A stretch of 46,785 bases of DNA from Synechococcales cyanobacterium RM1_1_8 (lineage in GTDB: Bacteria > Cyanobacteriota > Cyanobacteriia > PCC-9006 > JAAUQQ01), in contig JAAUQQ010000001.1 in the NCBI GenBank assembly GCA_012032745.1, forward strand, positions 1 through 46,785, in the 5' to 3' direction. Below, one piece after another: positions 44,675 through 46,785 of the stretch. The notes under the pieces are model-generated. The model saw only the letters and a list, made by a program, of their open reading frames with translations, was not told the origin of the DNA and made no database searches. Position numbers and translations under genes: made by a program. Positions within the stretch are counted from its first letter, which is position 1; the number at the start of each line of letters is the position of its first letter.

Positions 44675-45847
44675 CTAGGGAGCCGTCTGTGTCGCTTGGT
44701 TGGCGATCAGGCGCTGGACCGCTAGGCAGGCGCGGTTGAGTTCGTAGGGGCGGCGATCGGGCTGACCCAGGTAGGCCGCCTGCTCTTCTTCGAGCATGAC
44801 CACATCCTCGCCCACCAAGCCATCAAGCATTTTCTGGGCCGCGCCAAAGAGGCTGTCTTTGATGAAGCGGCGGAACCTCAGCGGCAGTTTATGCAGCCGC
44901 CAGAAGGCATTGAGCGACACGAAGTGAATCAGGTGCGCCCGCGTGTGGGTGGGGCTGATGGGCACAAATAGGCAAATGATGCGGAAGTCATCGCCCAGGG
45001 ACGAAGTCCAGTTGGGATAGGCGTAGGTGACCCGCAGGGGCTCGGGGTGGAGCTGGCGCAGGGCGGGGAAGAAGAGCTGGGAAATGGACCAGATCTTGTC
45101 GATTTTGTAGTAGCTCTCGGCGGTGTAGAGGGCATCCACTTTGTCCGGCGTTTCCTCTAGGGTCTCCAGGGAAGCCGAAGCCCAGGCCTGGAAGCCCCGG
45201 TGCAGATGGCCGTGGTACATGTCCATCAGGTTCTCAATCAAGAACGAGAAATGGGCCTCGCAGTCGATCGTGGAGACGGTGGCGATGTAGTTGAGGTGGT
45301 CCCATTCGGGGATCGCCAGGGGGACAGGAGCCTTAGCATTGGCCTGGGCATTCTCTGGAATCTCGACTGGGGCGTCTAGCAAAGCCCGATCGCCGGGCCA
45401 GACCCAAATAAAACCATCCTGCTCCCGAACGGGATAGCTGCGAATTTTGCAGCTAGGCAGCTTTTGATTCGCCTCCAGGTAGGGCACCTCGGCGCAGTTA
45501 CCCTGGGCATCGAATTGCCAAGCATGGTAGGCGCATTCCAGGTTTTGACCGACCACGGCTCCGTGGCTGAGCTTGACCTGGCGATGGGGGCAGCGGTCTT
45601 CCAGGGCATGGACTTGGTTCTGGTCATCGCGGTAGAGGGCGATCGCCATTCCCCAAATCTCCACCGCCAAAGGCGTATCACCCACAGCGCTGCTCCGCGC
45701 CAGGGCATACCAATGGTTGAGATTGGGCGGCAGGTTGCGCACATCCTGGCGGCCCTGGGCTGTGGATTCCCGCTGGGCTTCGATCGCCACCGCAGTGGCG
45801 TTGGTAATTGTGTCAGAAGCGGCAGTCATAGCATCCAAATGAGACAA
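44675..45847 (-). CDS. Rieske [2Fe-2S] non-heme-iron oxygenase (PaO/Tic55/LLS1-like; CruH-like candidate)
   Basis: 390 aa. The Rieske motifs are CPHRQVKLSHG and CAYHAWQF. The mononuclear iron motif region is ENLMDMYHGHLH. The architecture matches ring-hydroxylating oxygenase alpha subunits of the PaO branch. Confidence 0.85.
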   Translation of the reverse strand: MSHLDAMTAASDTITNATAVAIEAQRESTAQGRQDVRNLPPNLNHWYALARSSAVGDTPLAVEIWGMAIALYRDDQNQVHALEDRCPHRQVKLSHGAVVGQNLECAYHAWQFDAQGNCAEVPYLEANQKLPSCKIRSYPVREQDGFIWVWPGDRALLDAPVEIPENAQANAKAPVPLAIPEWDHLNYIATVSTIDCEAHFSFLIENLMDMYHGHLHRGFQAWASASLETLEETPDKVDALYTAESYYKIDKIWSISQLFFPALRQLHPEPLRVTYAYPNWTSSLGDDFRIICLFVPISPTHTRAHLIHFVSLNAFWRLHKLPLRFRRFIKDSLFGAAQKMLDGLVGEDVVMLEEEQAAYLGQPDRRPYELNRACLAVQRLIANQATQTAP

Positions 45848-45899
45848 CGAGCGATCGCAACCGTAGGGGCGAACAGCCGTTCGCCCAGCCTGGCCCAGC

Positions 45900-46785
45900 C
45901 TAAGCCGTAATCACCGGCGACAACACCCCCGCCGGATTCACCGTCAGCAGGGGCCGCCGCTGCAACCCCTCCCGCTCACAGATCGCATTGGCCGCCAATA
46001 GACCACTGCTCACCGCCCGCTCCATCAGCCCACAGGGAAACGGCATCTTCACCCAATCCCCCGCAAAGATCAGATTCGACACCGCCGTCGCGGTCTCAGG
46101 CCGATTCGCATGGCTGCCCGGCGGGAAGCCGGAGAAGTTCTTCTGATTGACCAGTTCTCGATGGAGAATCTTCGCCCCCCGAAGGGCTGGCACAATCTCA
46201 TACAGCTCCGCCTCAAAGGTATGGAGTACATCCTGCTGGGTCGGGAAGTCCTTCTCTTTGTAGCAGTAGGAATGCAGCTCCACCACACTGCCCCCCGTCC
46301 GCTCCGCCCAAGCGCGGTAGTCGTCCTGGATGCGGTGGTAGAGGCTGATACTGTCCGTGAGCTTGTAGCCCGACAGCGAGGTGAAGTTGCTATGCTCCCA
46401 GTCAAAGTCGCGGTCCAGCCAAAAGCGGGTGACGGCAAAGGGATCCGCTGTGGCCAGTTCCGATACCTGCTGGAGGGTTTCGCCATGGGGCTCGCCTGCG
46501 GAGAGGGCAAACAGGTTCCTCATGCCGACCACGTCTGCGGCAAAGACGTAGTAGTCTGCCTGGAGGACCGATTCGGCGATCGCAGCCCCATCGCCAGCGA
46601 TCGCCGCGAGCTGGATGCGATTGCCCTCGCGCTGGAGAATCTCGAAGCGATCGAGATTGCGCTGGGCGGGACCGGCTTGGCGATCGCCCCCCTCGCCAAA
46701 CACCGCCCCATGGCAAGGGCACAAAAAGCCATCGCCATCGGAGTTGGTCCCTACTTTTGCCACGGTACAGCCCTGGTGGGTACAG
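45900..46785 (-). CDS. FAD-dependent (amine-oxidase/phytoene-desaturase-like) oxidoreductase with an internal Rieske [2Fe-2S] domain; CrtU/CruE-like (N-terminus off window)
   Basis: The frame stays open from the track ORF (M at 46763) to the window edge and reads CTHQGCTVAKVG...FLCPCHGAVF, so both Rieske boxes are present. The C-terminus FAGDWVKMPFPCGLMERAVSSGLLAANAI is the typical C-terminal FAD motif of the amine-oxidase fold. This is the same domain combination as Synechocystis sll0254, as I recall its annotation. Confidence 0.8.
   Translation of the reverse strand, partial: CTHQGCTVAKVGTNSDGDGFLCPCHGAVFGEGGDRQAGPAQRNLDRFEILQREGNRIQLAAIAGDGAAIAESVLQADYYVFAADVVGMRNLFALSAGEPHGETLQQVSELATADPFAVTRFWLDRDFDWEHSNFTSLSGYKLTDSISLYHRIQDDYRAWAERTGGSVVELHSYCYKEKDFPTQQDVLHTFEAELYEIVPALRGAKILHRELVNQKNFSGFPPGSHANRPETATAVSNLIFAGDWVKMPFPCGLMERAVSSGLLAANAICEREGLQRRPLLTVNPAGVLSPVITA

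Noticed and set aside
1-46785. CRISPR arrays, rRNA genes, prophage, integrase or defence-system genes.
   Set aside because: All tandem repeats found are short (12-24 bp units, 2-5 copies) with no spacers. No cas, integrase, restriction, toxin-antitoxin or phage structural motifs were seen in any frame. The only mobile element is the IS4 copy.

Overview
This looks like a GC-rich cyanobacterial chromosome segment. The HIP1 octamer GCGATCGC recurs dozens of times, and the gene content is cyanobacterial: a CrtR-type carotene hydroxylase, a fibrillin/PAP protein, a DUF3134-like acidic protein and CruE/CruH-like Rieske enzymes.

Layout:
(i) 1-9.6 kb holds housekeeping and hypothetical genes: a P/Q/Y-rich anchored protein running off the left edge, a putative lipoprotein, a secreted Ig-like protein, a 1.3 kb gene-poor gap, a MoxR ATPase, pyruvate kinase, a PHP phosphoesterase and ilvC.
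(ii) 9.7-33.4 kb is a large Wzx/Wzy-dependent polysaccharide (EPS or O-antigen-like) island. It contains two GT2 and two GT4 glycosyltransferases, a GT-C-like membrane protein, and a sugar-nucleotide module (ugd, UXS-like SDR, SAF-domain oxidoreductase, RmlC-like epimerase, rfbF). It also contains a Wzc-like co-polymerase/P-loop protein, a Wzy-like polymerase, an acetyltransferase, a methyltransferase, a Wzx flippase and one unknown secreted protein. An intact IS4-family element is inserted in it.
(iii) 33.7-46.8 kb holds a TetR regulator, mraY, a DUF3134-like gene, fibrillin, tRNA-Leu(UAG), crtR, aroH, sppA, a DMT/EamA transporter, a peptidoglycan-binding/HEAT-repeat pair, and an adjacent Rieske oxygenase plus Rieske-FAD oxidoreductase pair (the latter runs off the right edge).

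The most striking sequence-level observation is a series of single-base frame breaks inside otherwise well-conserved genes: PHP, SAF oxidoreductase and Wzc are clear, and three more are possible. These mean either assembly indel errors or real pseudogenisation.

I found no rRNA, no CRISPR array and no recognisable defence, toxin or phage module. I found no convincing evidence for a wholly new multi-gene system. The best candidates for novelty are the uncharacterised members of the polysaccharide island, the split PG-binding/TM/HEAT protein and two long non-coding gaps.
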